This document shows positions 21,248 through 31,850 of a stretch of DNA of 64,000 nucleotides, piece after piece. The translations under genes and the position numbers were made by a program. The notes under the pieces were generated by a model. The model searched no databases and was not told the DNA's origin. It was given only the letters and a program-made list of their open reading frames with translations. The stretch's first letter is position 1; each line of letters starts with the position of its first letter. Source of the stretch: an uncultured Chloroflexia bacterium (lineage in GTDB: Bacteria; Chloroflexota; UBA6077; JACCZL01); NCBI GenBank assembly GCA_963765765.1, contig CAVXYC010000014.1:32001-96000 (forward strand), read 5' to 3'.

Positions 21248-22159
21248 ATGATGACGCTACCCGGACCGCTTGAGCTGGTAAAAGAGTCGTTCAGCGAATG
21301 GCAGAAGGACAAAGCGTCGCGTCTCGCTGCCGCGCTCGCCTACTACACGGCATTCTCCATTGCCCCGCTCTTACTACTCACCATCACCGTTGCCGGGATG
21401 GTGCTCGGAGAGCAGGCGGCGCAAGGCACAATCTTCGCGCAACTCCAGGGGCTGCTCGGGCCAGAGGCGGCCGGATTCTTTCAGTCCGCGGTCGCGCATT
21501 CCCGTGAGCCGGGAGCGAACACCATCTCCGCCGTGGTCGGATTGGCAACGCTTGTCTGGAGCGCCTCGAATGTCTTCGGTCAGCTTCAGGATGCGCTGAA
21601 TACCATCTGGGAGGTGAAGCCGAAGCCCGCGGGAGTTGTGGGCGCTGTAAAGCGTCGGATCGTGCCCCTCTCGATGCTCCTCGGGTTCGGCTTCATCTTA
21701 TTAGTCTCGCTGCTTCTCAGTGCGGGGTTATCCGCCGTGAGCACGCTGCTCGGTGACGCACTTCCCGGTTCAAACTTGCTCTGGGAGATCATTAACAACA
21801 TCGTCTCATTTATCGTCATCACGCTGTTGTTTGCCGCAATCTTCAAGGTGCTGCCCGACGTGGAGATCAGATGGAACGACGTCTGGATCGGCGCCCTCGT
21901 GACGGCGGCCCTGTTTATCGTGGGGAAGACGCTGATCGGTCTCTACCTCGGGCATGCGAGTGTCGGATCGACGTACGGGGCCGCGGGCTCGCTGCTGGTT
22001 TTCCTGGTCTGGGTGTACTACTCGGCACAGATCCTTTTCTTTGGGGCGGAGTTTACGCAGGTCTACGCGCGACAGCGCGGCTCTCGCATCGTACCGAGCC
22101 CGGACGCGGAGCCCTTAACGGCGGAAGCCCGGAGTGAGCAGGGAATGGTCCGTCGGTAG
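21248..22159 (+). CDS. YihY/BrkB family membrane protein
   Basis: SRLAAALAYYTAFSIAP, YGAAGSLLVFLVWVYYSAQILFFGAEF. Confidence 0.92.
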   Translation: MMTLPGPLELVKESFSEWQKDKASRLAAALAYYTAFSIAPLLLLTITVAGMVLGEQAAQGTIFAQLQGLLGPEAAGFFQSAVAHSREPGANTISAVVGLATLVWSASNVFGQLQDALNTIWEVKPKPAGVVGAVKRRIVPLSMLLGFGFILLVSLLLSAGLSAVSTLLGDALPGSNLLWEIINNIVSFIVITLLFAAIFKVLPDVEIRWNDVWIGALVTAALFIVGKTLIGLYLGHASVGSTYGAAGSLLVFLVWVYYSAQILFFGAEFTQVYARQRGSRIVPSPDAEPLTAEARSEQGMVRR

Positions 22160-22681
22160 CAACCGTCACCGCTGCGGTCCGTCCAGTTTCAGTTCCACCG
22201 GGTTAAGGTACTGGTCAACGATCACGCCCGGAAGGCGTGTTCAACGAGATCGCGCACGTGTTCGGGATTTTGCGGCTGCCACCCGCCTACAGATTGCCCG
22301 GGGTGATGGAGCACGATCGCCCCATGACCGCAGCCTCGGCGGACAGACTGCCTATGCGGACGTGCCAGGCAGGAACAGCTTTTGCAATACGGGGTGCTGC
22401 GACCAATGGCTCCGAAGGCTTGAGCATGCACCTGACGAAACATAGAACGAATTGGCCCGGCGAGGAAAACTGTCAACTAGCTGACAGATTCGTTCCCGCC
22501 TACCGCGCTACACTGCGCTCGGACGGTGTCCGCCCGCACCTGAAGCCCGGGACGATGGTGCGGGCGGACACTTTTGTTCATGACGGTGTTTCCCGGTCAT
22601 CATATTTGGTGGCTCCGATCGTTATGAGTGTTCTGCGCACAATTTGCCGAGTGTCCAGCCTCAGCGAGCCGTTTGACTGGC

Positions 22682-22930
22682 ATGAATAGCCGCGCGGGAC
22701 GGGTTCTGCAGCCAGCCGCACTGCCCTGCCCCCGTTGCGCCGGTCGCGGCGTCGAACTGACTCTCCCAGGAGAGTCGGGACCGTTCTACATTTGCGGCAA
22801 CAAGGCCTGCCTCGTGGTCTGGTACGACGAAAGCGGGGTGCGGAGTGAGATCGCGGGCTTCCGATCAGGCGATCCTGCCCCGTCCCTGGGCGACGCAGAA
22901 GCACCGTTCGAGGAATCGCCATCGGTGTAA
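22682..22930 (+). CDS. Small hypothetical protein, possible zinc ribbon
   Basis: CPRC...FYICGNKAC. Confidence 0.4.
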   Translation: MNSRAGRVLQPAALPCPRCAGRGVELTLPGESGPFYICGNKACLVVWYDESGVRSEIAGFRSGDPAPSLGDAEAPFEESPSV

Positions 22931-23021
22931 GCCTGGAATATGGGGAAGCCCTTCTCCGATGCGAATCCGCATCATGAAGACGATTATCTGCCCACGTCAC
23001 TGTGGTAGTGTCAGCGACTCG

Positions 23022-23057
23022 GCGTACCGGGTGTCAACTGGTTGACACCCGGTACGC
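23022..23057. repeat. Perfect 17-bp-arm palindrome with 2-nt loop
   Basis: GCGTACCGGGTGTCAAC-TG-GTTGACACCCGGTACGC. Confidence 0.85.
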
Positions 23058-23300
23058 TCGTGCTCTCGCGTGATGAATGCAGAATTCCAAGGATCTGCAA
23101 TCGGGACGTAGTCGAGTGGAGTGACGGCCGCAGAGCAAACAATGGCCCCCGCTTAGGAGAATTCGGGGGCCGTGTGTGAAGGGGTGGGGCATGAGCGTCC
23201 AGGAGCCGGTTCGTTGCCCCTCGCACGCACCGGGCACCTGGACTGCTATGCATCGCCTACAGGACGCAGACCGCATTCCAGCCTTTCAGTAAGAAGGCGC

Positions 23301-23582
23301 CTAGCGGGTGGTTCTTACTCGCAGGTGTGGATCACGGGTCGCGACAGAAACGGATCCGTCGTCCGGATGCGGGGCCGCGGAGTAGGGGACCATTGTGCCA
23401 AATCCCACCAGCTCCACGACGAACCCGGCTTCCGCGAGGATCCTGGCACACTCGTGGAGTCGCTGGCGTGCCCAACTCTCCGCCGCCAGGCTGCGCACAA
23501 TAGCCGTGCCATCTCCGCCGTCTTTGACGGCCACGTCCGGCCGTCCAGAAAGAATCGAATCCAAGTTGATCGAATGACTCAT
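23301..23582 (-). CDS. Small hypothetical protein
   Basis: GGAAAGGTG RBS before MSHSINLDSILSGRPDVAVKDGGDG; no recognised family. Confidence 0.4.
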   Translation of the reverse strand: MSHSINLDSILSGRPDVAVKDGGDGTAIVRSLAAESWARQRLHECARILAEAGFVVELVGFGTMVPYSAAPHPDDGSVSVATRDPHLRVRTTR

Positions 23583-23910
23583 CACCTTTCCTCTGCGAAA
23601 GATGTCGCCCGCTTTGCAGAGACCATGCCGCGGGAATGCCGCTGAGAGTTCCGTCCTGACGCGCCATGAGCTCGGGTGGTAGCGATTCGGCCAGTTGCGG
23701 GAGACGCGATACTCCTCACCGTCGCGCCGGCTTGCATGACGGCAGGTGGCACTCAATGGTTGCAGGTTTCTGACGGAGTGCCGATGCCCTGAGCAGCACG
23801 CCGTGGACGGATCGTGCACCCCGCGGCCCCGCCTGTGATCCGGACGCCGGCCTCGCCGCGACGCGCCGGGCGCGATGCGCCTGGGCTACACCAACAAGGG
23901 AGAGAGAATC

Positions 23911-24520
23911 ATGCACCGATATCGCAAGCTCATCGTCGGCACCGGGGCCGGCCTGGAGTTGCTCGTGCTCCCACTAGGTCGGCCGGTGCCCAGCAGGCGA
24001 CCGCAGCGTTCGACGGGCAGAGTTTGCCAACGCAGACGCAAGCCACGCAACAGCAGCTCAGCGCGGTGTGGGAGGTCAGGCCTCCCAGCGCTGGGTGACG
24101 GAACACGAGGGCGAGCTCCGGGCGCGGGGCATTGTGCCCGGCTCCAGCGGCGCCCAAACGGGTGGCACGATCCAGGGGAACCAGGCCGGCCAGAACCAGG
24201 GAAACCGGGGGGCACAGGGCGGCAAGAGCAACAATCAAAGCGGCCAGAGCACTCAAGGGACCCAGAGTGGCCAGAACAACTCCGGCAACCAAGGCTCCAG
24301 ACTGGCCAGCGCAATTCTGGCAACCAGGGGAACTCGGGAACTCCGGAAACCAGGGCAACTCCAGTGGGAGTGACTCCAGCGGTCAGGGTGGTGACTCGGG
24401 TCGCTGGTCCACTCCCGTTGACCGAGCCGAAGGTCGTGGTGAGATCGTGGGTGTGGGGCAGGTGGGTTCGTCCCGAAATCCGGCTGCCCCGTGGCCGCAT
24501 GCCAACTCTGGATGAGCGTG
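23911..24520 (+). pseudogene. Secreted Gly/Gln/Asn/Ser low-complexity protein, fragmented
   Basis: RBS and signal-like MHRYRKLIVGTGAGL; QGNQAGQNQGN...SGNQGNSSGSDSSG repeats spread over three frames. Confidence 0.45.
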
Positions 24521-24630
24521 ACAGGTCCGTTCGGGCAACCGCGCAGTGGCTAAAAGGTCTTAGATATTGTCAGGCGGCACCCGGCCTCTGGTGGCTCCCA
24601 CAAGTCTAGCCCGTGTCAACCGGTGATCGT

Positions 24631-24876
24631 TCACCGCTCCGTGGTACACACCACAGTCCATGATTGCCTGGCATACCGATCGAGCTCATCTATCCCAAAC
24701 TGCGCTTCGTCAATCAGTTTCTGCAGAGCGCTGGTTCGGAATGCCTCCTCCGAGATGGGGCCAGATATTGCCGTGGGGCCATCGATTCCGGCGGTCCATT
24801 CGACAATGTAATGCTCACCGGATGCATCGTTGCGCTCGACAGTGTACGAGCCCGCAGCCATCTCCCGCTGCTCCAT
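24631..24876 (-). CDS. Small hypothetical protein
   Basis: Protein-like ORF (YTVERNDASGEHYIVEWTAG...ISGPI); no family recognised. Confidence 0.4.
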   Translation of the reverse strand: MEQREMAAGSYTVERNDASGEHYIVEWTAGIDGPTAISGPISEEAFRTSALQKLIDEAQFGIDELDRYARQSWTVVCTTER

Positions 24877-24990
24877 TTCTAGTGGTTCCGACCCGCCGTC
24901 GTGACACGGGTCCACGCCGGTTAGCTAGCTGGCGAGGCCTCGAACGTTCACGGCGCGCTCGCCTTCCCCACACCACCCCGATAAAATGAG

Positions 24991-25260
24991 TTAGGCCTCC
25001 GGTGCCCGCCCGCTCCCTTCGCCATCGAACCCGTCCCCGTCGCTCGATGGCGCATCGCCCACCAGTCGCCGCAGCTCCAGTAAGTCCTGCATGCTCGCGT
25101 CCAGCGCCGCGCGCATCTCCGCGCACAACGCCCAGTCCGGGAGGGATGCATCCGCGCCTCCGCGTGATTGCTCCAGGCGGTCACACATCCGGTCGGCGCG
25201 CTGCCGGGCCGCGAAGATTATGCCATCCAGCCGCGCCTGCCGCCCGCGCCGCTTCCGCAT
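24991..25260 (-). CDS. Small hypothetical protein
   Basis: Helical ORF; no family recognised. Confidence 0.3.
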   Translation of the reverse strand: MRKRRGRQARLDGIIFAARQRADRMCDRLEQSRGGADASLPDWALCAEMRAALDASMQDLLELRRLVGDAPSSDGDGFDGEGSGRAPEA

Positions 25261-25434
25261 AGAGAGATGTGCACTTCGATACATATCTCGTGCGACATAT
25301 CTTCAAAACAATGTCGCGCCACTGAGATTCGTGCTGGGCGCCATCTGGACCGGCACACCTTAAACAACGATGTCGAGCAGCTCGGCGGCCTTACGCGTCC
25401 TCGTGCGACGCTGTACGACCTCGGTATTCCATGG

Positions 25435-25812
25435 TCACGCCGCCGTCAGGGCGTCCAGAACAGCCTGAAGCTCGTCGAGGTCGATCGGCTTTGCGAGTGC
25501 GGCGTCAGCCCCGAGCTTCATTACTTCCGTGCGGGGATCCATCCGAGCCGACATGATCACGAGCGGAATACCCTGTATCGCATTCTGACGCTCCGCCTCC
25601 GCAACGAATTCCCATCCGTCCATGACCGGGAGCTTGAGATCGAGCAGGATTACATCAGGCGTCCAACGCTGAAGGAGTGCGAGTGCCTGAATTCCGGTAG
25701 CCGCCCCGCGCACCTGCCAGCCGGCCTCATGAAGGGCTTCACCGACAGCATTCCTGAATTCGAATTCGTCATCCACGAGAAGGACGCTTCGGCGCACTTC
25801 GGGGCCAGTCAT
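25435..25812 (-). CDS. Single-domain response regulator (CheY-like receiver)
   Basis: VLLVDDE, PDVILLDLKLPVMDGWEF, IMSA, LAKPIDLDEL. Confidence 0.88.
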   Translation of the reverse strand: MTGPEVRRSVLLVDDEFEFRNAVGEALHEAGWQVRGAATGIQALALLQRWTPDVILLDLKLPVMDGWEFVAEAERQNAIQGIPLVIMSARMDPRTEVMKLGADAALAKPIDLDELQAVLDALTAA

Positions 25813-25871
25813 CGTTCCTCGCCCGTTCATTTTGCGTCGGTGGGGGCGCGGGACAGGCACAGGGATCCTCA

Positions 25872-25970
25872 TTAATTGGCTCCACCACGTGCGTAATCCT
25901 CTATCAGGGTAACTGAGTGTTCGATATCGAACAATACCGACCGTATATCGGGCAGCAACCGGGGTGGCAT
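25872..25970 (-). pseudogene. N-terminal stub resembling a HepT/DUF86 toxin
   Basis: MPPRLLPDIRSVLFDIEHSVTLIEDYARG resembles DUF86 N-termini (D...L.DI..SI..IE.Y..G); truncated after about 32 aa. Confidence 0.35.
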
Positions 25971-26104
25971 TGTGAGCCCGTTGAGATGGAGCTCAGGCGA
26001 ATAGCCTGTATTACAAAGGCGTCCGGGGGTCCACTCGGAGAAGTGGCGGTGCTCCGACTCTAAGAACCGTGGGCGTCCTGCTGACCTCACGCAACCGCAC
26101 GGGA

Positions 26105-26475
26105 GGCTTATACGCCAGCGGGCCGCGATAGTACGACGATCCTCGCTGAACGTTCCCGTGAAGCGTGGCGAAAAGTCGGACCCTTCCCGTCGAAGCGTCC
26201 AGACACCGTCGCTTAACTCCATCTGGTAGACCCGTGCGACGCCGCGGAGTCGAAGTAGTGCTGCGTGTACCCGCGGCTCGCTTCGGCTGGTCAGATGATC
26301 GCGATACCGCGGGGGAAGGGAGGGTCGGCCTCCCAGCGCTGCACGACGAACGCTCGGCCGGGCAGCCACTCGAAGACGGTGTGTCCGCGGAAAATCACGC
26401 CGCGATTGGAGAACTCGGTGTCCCACTCGCCGATGAGCACTTCCAGGGCTCGAGCTGGACGAGTTGTTGGATGCG
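26105..26475 (-). pseudogene. Degraded beta-barrel hypothetical protein (DUF1579-like)
   Basis: Across frames: EVLIGEWDTE...VFEWLPGRAFVVQRW...QHYFDSRGVARVYQMELSDGVWTLRR...RFTGTFSED; internal stop and truncated end. Confidence 0.55.
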
Positions 26476-26770
26476 GCCGCCCGCTTGAGTAACTGTCGGA
26501 CTAATAAGCGTAGCGCCCGAACGTCGCACCGCGCGTACTGTCCTATGCAAAATTACCCATATTTGCAGCGTCGTGCGCAATGCCGTAGACGAACCGGCCG
26601 GGTCTCCATACACTTACCATGCGAGTCCGGATCTCGCTCACGGCCCGGTTTGCCGGCCGACGGCGAGGCGAAACCCACGGCCGCTCACGCCAGGCGATTG
26701 ACGCACCATGCCAGCCCGTCGAGAACGCAGCTCCGGCTCCGTGTCGGTGTCTATTTCCCGTCACCGACTA

Positions 26771-27865
26771 ATGCCGCATAGTCAAGAAATACGATCCAAG
26801 AATGAAAGCAAGGCGCCCCCCGCGAACCTGAGTCCGGAGCTCCTTGCCGCCATCTGGGAAACCGCCACGGATGCCATCGCACTGTCCGATCCGGATGGCC
26901 GGGTGCGCCTGGCCAACCCGGCCTATTACGAGCTCTTCGGCCGGTCACCCGAGGAGGTGCTGGGCCACAGCTTCGCGCTGATATTCCCGCCCGAGCAGCG
27001 TGCCTGGGCGGAAGAGACGTACCGGGCGACTTTCCACGACCTGGTCCCGTCCGACCGCGTGGAATCCCGCGTCCGTCGGTCGGATGGCGCGGAGCTCACC
27101 GTCGAGGCGGACTATCACTTCCTCACCGAGAACGGTCGGCGCACCGCCATGATCTCGATGGTGCGCGACATGACTGAGCGGAAGCGCCGTGAGCAATCGC
27201 GGCGGGATGTTCTCGCGATGATCGTGCACGATCTGCGAACGCCCCTCACCGCCATTGCCGGTTATGCGCAGCTCCTGAGGCGACGCGGCGGATCGGATGA
27301 GGGCATGGTCGATACCATCCTGCAAAAGTGCGACCTCATGAAACGTCTCATCGGCGACCTGGCCGACGCCGCACGGCCCGAGGGCCACGTATTGACGTTG
27401 GAGCGGGCCGAGGTGGATCTCGCGGAGCTGGCCCGCAGGGTCGCAGCCGAGATGGAGGATCTGGCGCACGGCCATCCGATTCGTGTCGACACTCCTTCGG
27501 TGTCCTCAGTCGGACGGTGGGATCGGACGCGCCTGGAGCAGATCCTGGAGAACCTTCTCAGCAACGCGCTCAAGTATTCGCCCGATGGCGGAGAAATTGT
27601 CGTCCAGATCGAGCATCGGACCGCCGAGGTGCGGGTCTCGGTGCGCGACCAGGGTCTCGGCATCCCATCCGATCGCCTGGAGTCTATCTTCGATCGATTT
27701 TATAGAGTGGAAGACAATGCCACAGAGGCCATTGACGGCTGGGGGCTTGGCCTGTCGATCACCAAGCGACTGGTCGAGGCCCACGGTGGGCGGATCTGGG
27801 CGGAAAGTGCTGGCGTTGGGCAGGGTAGCAGCGTGTCATTCACGCTACCCCATTGCCCGCCGTAG
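26771..27865 (+). CDS. Cytoplasmic PAS-domain sensor histidine kinase
   Basis: PAS domain (ANPAYYELFG), HDLRTPL, NLLSNALKYS, DQGLGI, FDRFYR, G.GLGL. Confidence 0.92.
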   Translation: MPHSQEIRSKNESKAPPANLSPELLAAIWETATDAIALSDPDGRVRLANPAYYELFGRSPEEVLGHSFALIFPPEQRAWAEETYRATFHDLVPSDRVESRVRRSDGAELTVEADYHFLTENGRRTAMISMVRDMTERKRREQSRRDVLAMIVHDLRTPLTAIAGYAQLLRRRGGSDEGMVDTILQKCDLMKRLIGDLADAARPEGHVLTLERAEVDLAELARRVAAEMEDLAHGHPIRVDTPSVSSVGRWDRTRLEQILENLLSNALKYSPDGGEIVVQIEHRTAEVRVSVRDQGLGIPSDRLESIFDRFYRVEDNATEAIDGWGLGLSITKRLVEAHGGRIWAESAGVGQGSSVSFTLPHCPP

Positions 27866-28474
27866 CCATCACTCGCTACCGAGTCATGATCGCTGACCGG
27901 GTCAGGCCGACTGATCCGTACGTCGCCTACACGTCGCGGCAGGCCGGCATGACTCCTCGTGAACAAGGTGGTCGGTTGCTATCTCGCCTCACGTCGGCCC
28001 GGCTCGCGGTGCCATTGGTCGGGCGGCAGTCCGGACTTCCAACGCAGGTGAGCTCCATGATGACCACCGCGTCAAGAAGCCTGGATGATCTCGTGCCGTT
28101 ATTGACCCGCACGTCCGCAGACACCGCCGATGCGCTCATCGACTCCTGCCGCATCCGCATCATGGCCGATCCGACTGGGCCGTTCCGTGCTGCGACTGGC
28201 GGCACGTCCGGCACGCAGGCTCGTGGGAGCCGTCTGCATCCGACCACCCAGGTACTCAGCCGCGTGTAGGCAGGACTGTGCAGTGACTGCCTCTAATCAG
28301 CCGGACCTGTTACCGAGAACGCCTCAACAGCCAGCCGCCGCGTTACCGCGACGGACTGGGTTTCCGCGTAGGTCGGACAGGCGTACCGACTTCTGGCAGA
28401 TGAAGTACGCCTCCACAGACACGAATCCAAAAGGATCTACCTCTCGGCCAATGTTCGGGCGAAGCTCGCACGGT

Positions 28475-28927
28475 TCATGACTTTTCCTTTTCCACTGTCA
28501 CCGCCTGCACTGACGTTCTTTTGCGCTCACGTTGCTTCTGGCGCTGCTGCTCCAAGACTTCCTCGCGGACGATTCGCTCCGCGACATCGTACGGCTCACC
28601 GGAGCGAAGAAGCTCCTGAAGTCGCTTATCTCGCCAACTCACTGAAGCATGCTCCGCATTGACCAAATCCCCTGGCTGAGAGGCTCGTGACGCATCGTCG
28701 GTTGACCGAGCCCTTGCCATTATTTTCGGCTGTTCCTCGGTTTTCGATGAGCTCCGCACGCTAGGGACGTAACTGGGGATCACCACCTCAGCGATGACAG
28801 CCGCGACCACCATGACACCAACAATGAACAGCGCCGCCGGAACGCCGTTATGCATAACCGACCCGATACAACTCCCAGCGGTCACCGTGCCGTCGAGACT
28901 CGCGATGGTTGGGTGCCGTGCCTCCAT
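28475..28927 (-). CDS. Hypothetical single-TM protein (start uncertain)
   Basis: Hydrophobic ALFIVGVMVVAAVIAEVVI followed by a charged helical tail. Confidence 0.4.
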   Translation of the reverse strand: MEARHPTIASLDGTVTAGSCIGSVMHNGVPAALFIVGVMVVAAVIAEVVIPSYVPSVRSSSKTEEQPKIMARARSTDDASRASQPGDLVNAEHASVSWRDKRLQELLRSGEPYDVAERIVREEVLEQQRQKQRERKRTSVQAVTVEKEKS

Positions 28928-28997
28928 CCATCCATGCTCCGCACACCTTGGCTCGAACTATGCACACACCGATAGACAGCAGAACACTGCTGGAGTA

Positions 28998-29444
28998 ATG
29001 ATGCTGTCCGACGCGCGATCCGTGCTTGTCGTCGATGACTTTGCTGACATCCGCGAGCTCCTGCGGCTCGCGCTAGAGGAGGAGGGCTACCGAGTGCGCG
29101 TGTGCGAGCACGGCGCCGCGGCGCTGGAGATCGTCGAGCGCGACACCTTCGGAGTGATTCTCCTCGACATCCAGATGCCTGTGATGGACGGTGTGGAGTT
29201 CGTCCGCGTGTATCGATCGCTGCCGGGCCATCAGGCGCACTTGGTGGTCATGACGGCCGGCCACAATGCTCGGCTCTACGCCGAGCGCGTCGGGGCCGAG
29301 CGTTATCTGGCGAAGCCGTTCGAACTGGACGAGGTCCTAACTTTGGTGGACGAGCTCTCCGACGGCGGCCACTGCTCGCACAGCGGGCGGCTCGGTGAGG
29401 AGCCCAACTCGAAGTTGTCGCTCGAACGACCGAACGGGGACTGA
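28998..29444 (+). CDS. Single-domain response regulator (CheY-like receiver)
   Basis: VLVVDD, ILLDIQMPVMDG, VMTA, LAKPFELDEV. Confidence 0.88.
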   Translation: MMLSDARSVLVVDDFADIRELLRLALEEEGYRVRVCEHGAAALEIVERDTFGVILLDIQMPVMDGVEFVRVYRSLPGHQAHLVVMTAGHNARLYAERVGAERYLAKPFELDEVLTLVDELSDGGHCSHSGRLGEEPNSKLSLERPNGD

Positions 29445-29914
29445 TTCCCGTGCCAGTCCCCAAAGCCAGCAGGCCTTCGCGGCCAGTGCTCGACGTCGAC
29501 CGGCGAGACGCGACTCACAGCCCGCGAAGCAGGCCGACTCATGCTCATATTGAATGTCGCCCAACGTCACGCGCACGGCCATCACGGCGTCGATATGATG
29601 CTTTCCATCGATGGTGACCGGCCCGACACTCTCGAAGGCCCGGCGCTGGTACTGCCAGTAGAGGTGATCAGCGATGGCGTCGACAGCGGCCCAGTCCACG
29701 GCCACCTCGTGCAAAATCCGAATTCGGTGAGACCCGCACAATGTGGGCCGTTGATCCGGATCGACGCCCACTGAGAGCCCATCTTAACTACTCCGGCTCG
29801 AATGCAGGCTCACCCACTCCGGATCGCGTGGACACCGCGCGTAAAAGCCCACGCTGGACTTGGCAGCGACGATCCGATCAGAATCGCAGCAGCACTGACA
29901 TCGTTACTGAAGTT

Positions 29915-30170
29915 ATGACTGAATCAGAAGTGATTCAATACATCGTCAATGCCTTCGAGGGCGTCGACACGGTGTCGTCATCTGGCGATACGTTCTTCTT
30001 CTACGACCCGCGAAGCGAACTTCCCGTTGACCACCGATTCCCGTTCGCAACGCTCGTGACGGGCGATCACTACGATACGGCTTTGAACCTCGGCCGCCTG
30101 TCAGTATTTCGACTCAACATTGGAGTGAGCGCAGAAACGTACCGCTCACTCTTCGGTGGCGAAGAGATTC
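29915..30170 (+). pseudogene. Truncated DUF6194-like protein
   Basis: GDTFFFYDP....DHRFPFATLVTGDHYD...L.R..VFRLNIGVS.ETYRSLFG, then similarity is lost. Confidence 0.6.
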
Positions 30171-30267
30171 ATCGCAAGTGTTGCCCGGGGACCAGCACTC
30201 AACTATATTGGGGCGGTCGCACAAGCCGACAGAACGCGGTGTGCGAGGGATACGGGGAGCGATAGAC

Positions 30268-31362
30268 ATGGCCGGCGGGATCCGAGTCGGAGTAGTGGGT
30301 ATCGGCTGGGGTGGAAACGTGCACGTTCCGGCCTTTCGGTCGGTGCCCGAGTATGAGGTCGCCGCGCTGTGCGGACGCCGAGCAGACCACCTCGCGGAGG
30401 TGGCCGGGCGTCTGGAGATCGAGGACACCTCGACCGACTGGCAGACCTTTATCCGGCGCCCGGACCTGGATCTCATCGCAATCGCGACGCCGGTAGACCT
30501 CCATGCGCCGATGGCGCTCGCCGCCATCGCAGCCGGCAAGCACGTGCTTTGCGAGAAGCCGCTGGCCGTCAACGCAGCGCAGGCCCTGGAGATGACACAA
30601 GCGGCCGAGGCGGCCGGCATCGCCAACGCGGTCGGCTTTGAAGCGCGCTGGCTGCCGGAGCGTATCGCCCTGGCAGAATTTGTCGCCGCGGGCGGCCTTG
30701 GCAGCCCCTTCCTCGTCCAGGTAAGTACAAATAACGGGGCCTGGCACCCCAGTGCGCCGGCGCCGGCCGACTGGAAACTCAGCGCGGACCAGGGTGGTGG
30801 GTATATCAATGCAATGGCCTGCCACGATATCGACCTGGTGCGGTGGCTCTTCGGCGAGCCCCTGGCCGTGGCTGCCGACACACGAGCGCAGATTGCGCAT
30901 CGACAGCTTCCTGGTGGCCGGGAGGTCGCGGTCGATACGGACGACACTGCCGGCATTATCCTCCGGCTCGACAGCGGTGCTCTCGCCATCGTGAGCGGAA
31001 CCGCGCTGAGCGCGCATGGCACCGGCTATCGTCTCGAAGCAGCCGGGTCCGCGGGTACGGTCGCCATCGACTCTGGCCAGGATGGCGTTCACGGATTCAC
31101 CGGCGCCGTCTCGGAACGACAAAAGCAACCGCTCGAGGTCAGTCAGCGGCAGCCCCGCGGATCCCTCGCCGTCGATTCGAACTACCCGTTTGCCCGCGTG
31201 GTTCGGGCAACGGCACTGATGCTCGAGGAGTGGCTGCCCGCATTCTCGGGAGCGCCAACGCCCGTGGCTTCGTTCAGGGATGGTCTGCGCATCCAGCAGC
31301 TCATAGACGCGGCCCGCGCTTCCTCGGCCGGTGCAGGCTGGGTGGACGTGTCTCCACACTGA
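30268..31362 (+). CDS. Gfo/Idh/MocA family oxidoreductase
   Basis: VGVVGIGWGG, IATPVDLH, AGKHVLCEKP, GGGYINAMACHDID. Confidence 0.92.
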   Translation: MAGGIRVGVVGIGWGGNVHVPAFRSVPEYEVAALCGRRADHLAEVAGRLEIEDTSTDWQTFIRRPDLDLIAIATPVDLHAPMALAAIAAGKHVLCEKPLAVNAAQALEMTQAAEAAGIANAVGFEARWLPERIALAEFVAAGGLGSPFLVQVSTNNGAWHPSAPAPADWKLSADQGGGYINAMACHDIDLVRWLFGEPLAVAADTRAQIAHRQLPGGREVAVDTDDTAGIILRLDSGALAIVSGTALSAHGTGYRLEAAGSAGTVAIDSGQDGVHGFTGAVSERQKQPLEVSQRQPRGSLAVDSNYPFARVVRATALMLEEWLPAFSGAPTPVASFRDGLRIQQLIDAARASSAGAGWVDVSPH

Positions 31363-31404
31363 GTCGGGTGAGCGCAGCTGGGATTGTCGCCAAGGGCTGA
31401 GCGT

Positions 31405-31618
31405 TAGCCCGGATTATTCACCGGTGGCTACGATTGACCGCTGGTCTCGCTGTCATCTTGAGGGACGAAGAATCTCCAGGATGTCGGTGCCCGCGAAGGG
31501 AAGCCAATGACCCCAGGCCCGTGATCGCGGTCGCCGATGTCCGTGCAGATCCTTCGTCCCTCAGGATGACAAGGAGACATGTACTCGATGACAAGAGACC
31601 GGTGAATAATCCGGGCTA
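31405..31618. mobile_element. 214-bp MITE-like element with perfect 21-bp terminal inverted repeats and an internal REP-like pair
   Basis: TAGCCCGGATTATTCACCGGT (31405-31425) / ACCGGTGAATAATCCGGGCTA (31598-31618); inner TGTCATCTTGAGGGACGAAGAATCT (31451-31475) / AGATCCTTCGTCCCTCAGGATGACA (31547-31571). Confidence 0.75.
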
Positions 31619-31632
31619 GCGCTGCATCGGTG

Positions 31633-31850
31633 TCACTCGCTTGGCGAGCGACATGCCTGATCTAACGTCGCCAGAAGCCCGTCCAGCGAGTATGGCTTTT
31701 GAAGAATCAAGTCTGCGCCAACCGAGGGGCCGTCTGCTACGTCTCCGCTCATGAGTACGGTGACGATGTACGGATTGATCTGGCGGGCCTCGTGGATGAA
31801 CTCGCCGCCAGACATTTCCGGCATCTTCATATCAGTGAACGGCAATGAGA
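31633..31850 (-). pseudogene. C-terminal half of a receiver domain
   Basis: FTDMKMPEMSGGEF...VLMSG...GADLILQKPYSLDGL; N-terminal half absent. Confidence 0.7.

Noticed and set aside
24160-24400. Short repeats as a possible CRISPR array or tandem repeat
   Set aside because: Irregular repeats that encode a GNQGNS low-complexity peptide; no constant repeat-spacer period.
29337-29771. 144-aa minus-strand ORF
   Set aside because: Partly protein-like but overlaps the receiver gene and lacks a clear start or family; left unannotated.
30199-31359. 386-aa antisense ORF
   Set aside because: Shadow of the Gfo/Idh/MocA gene; long antisense ORFs are common at high GC and it has no motifs.
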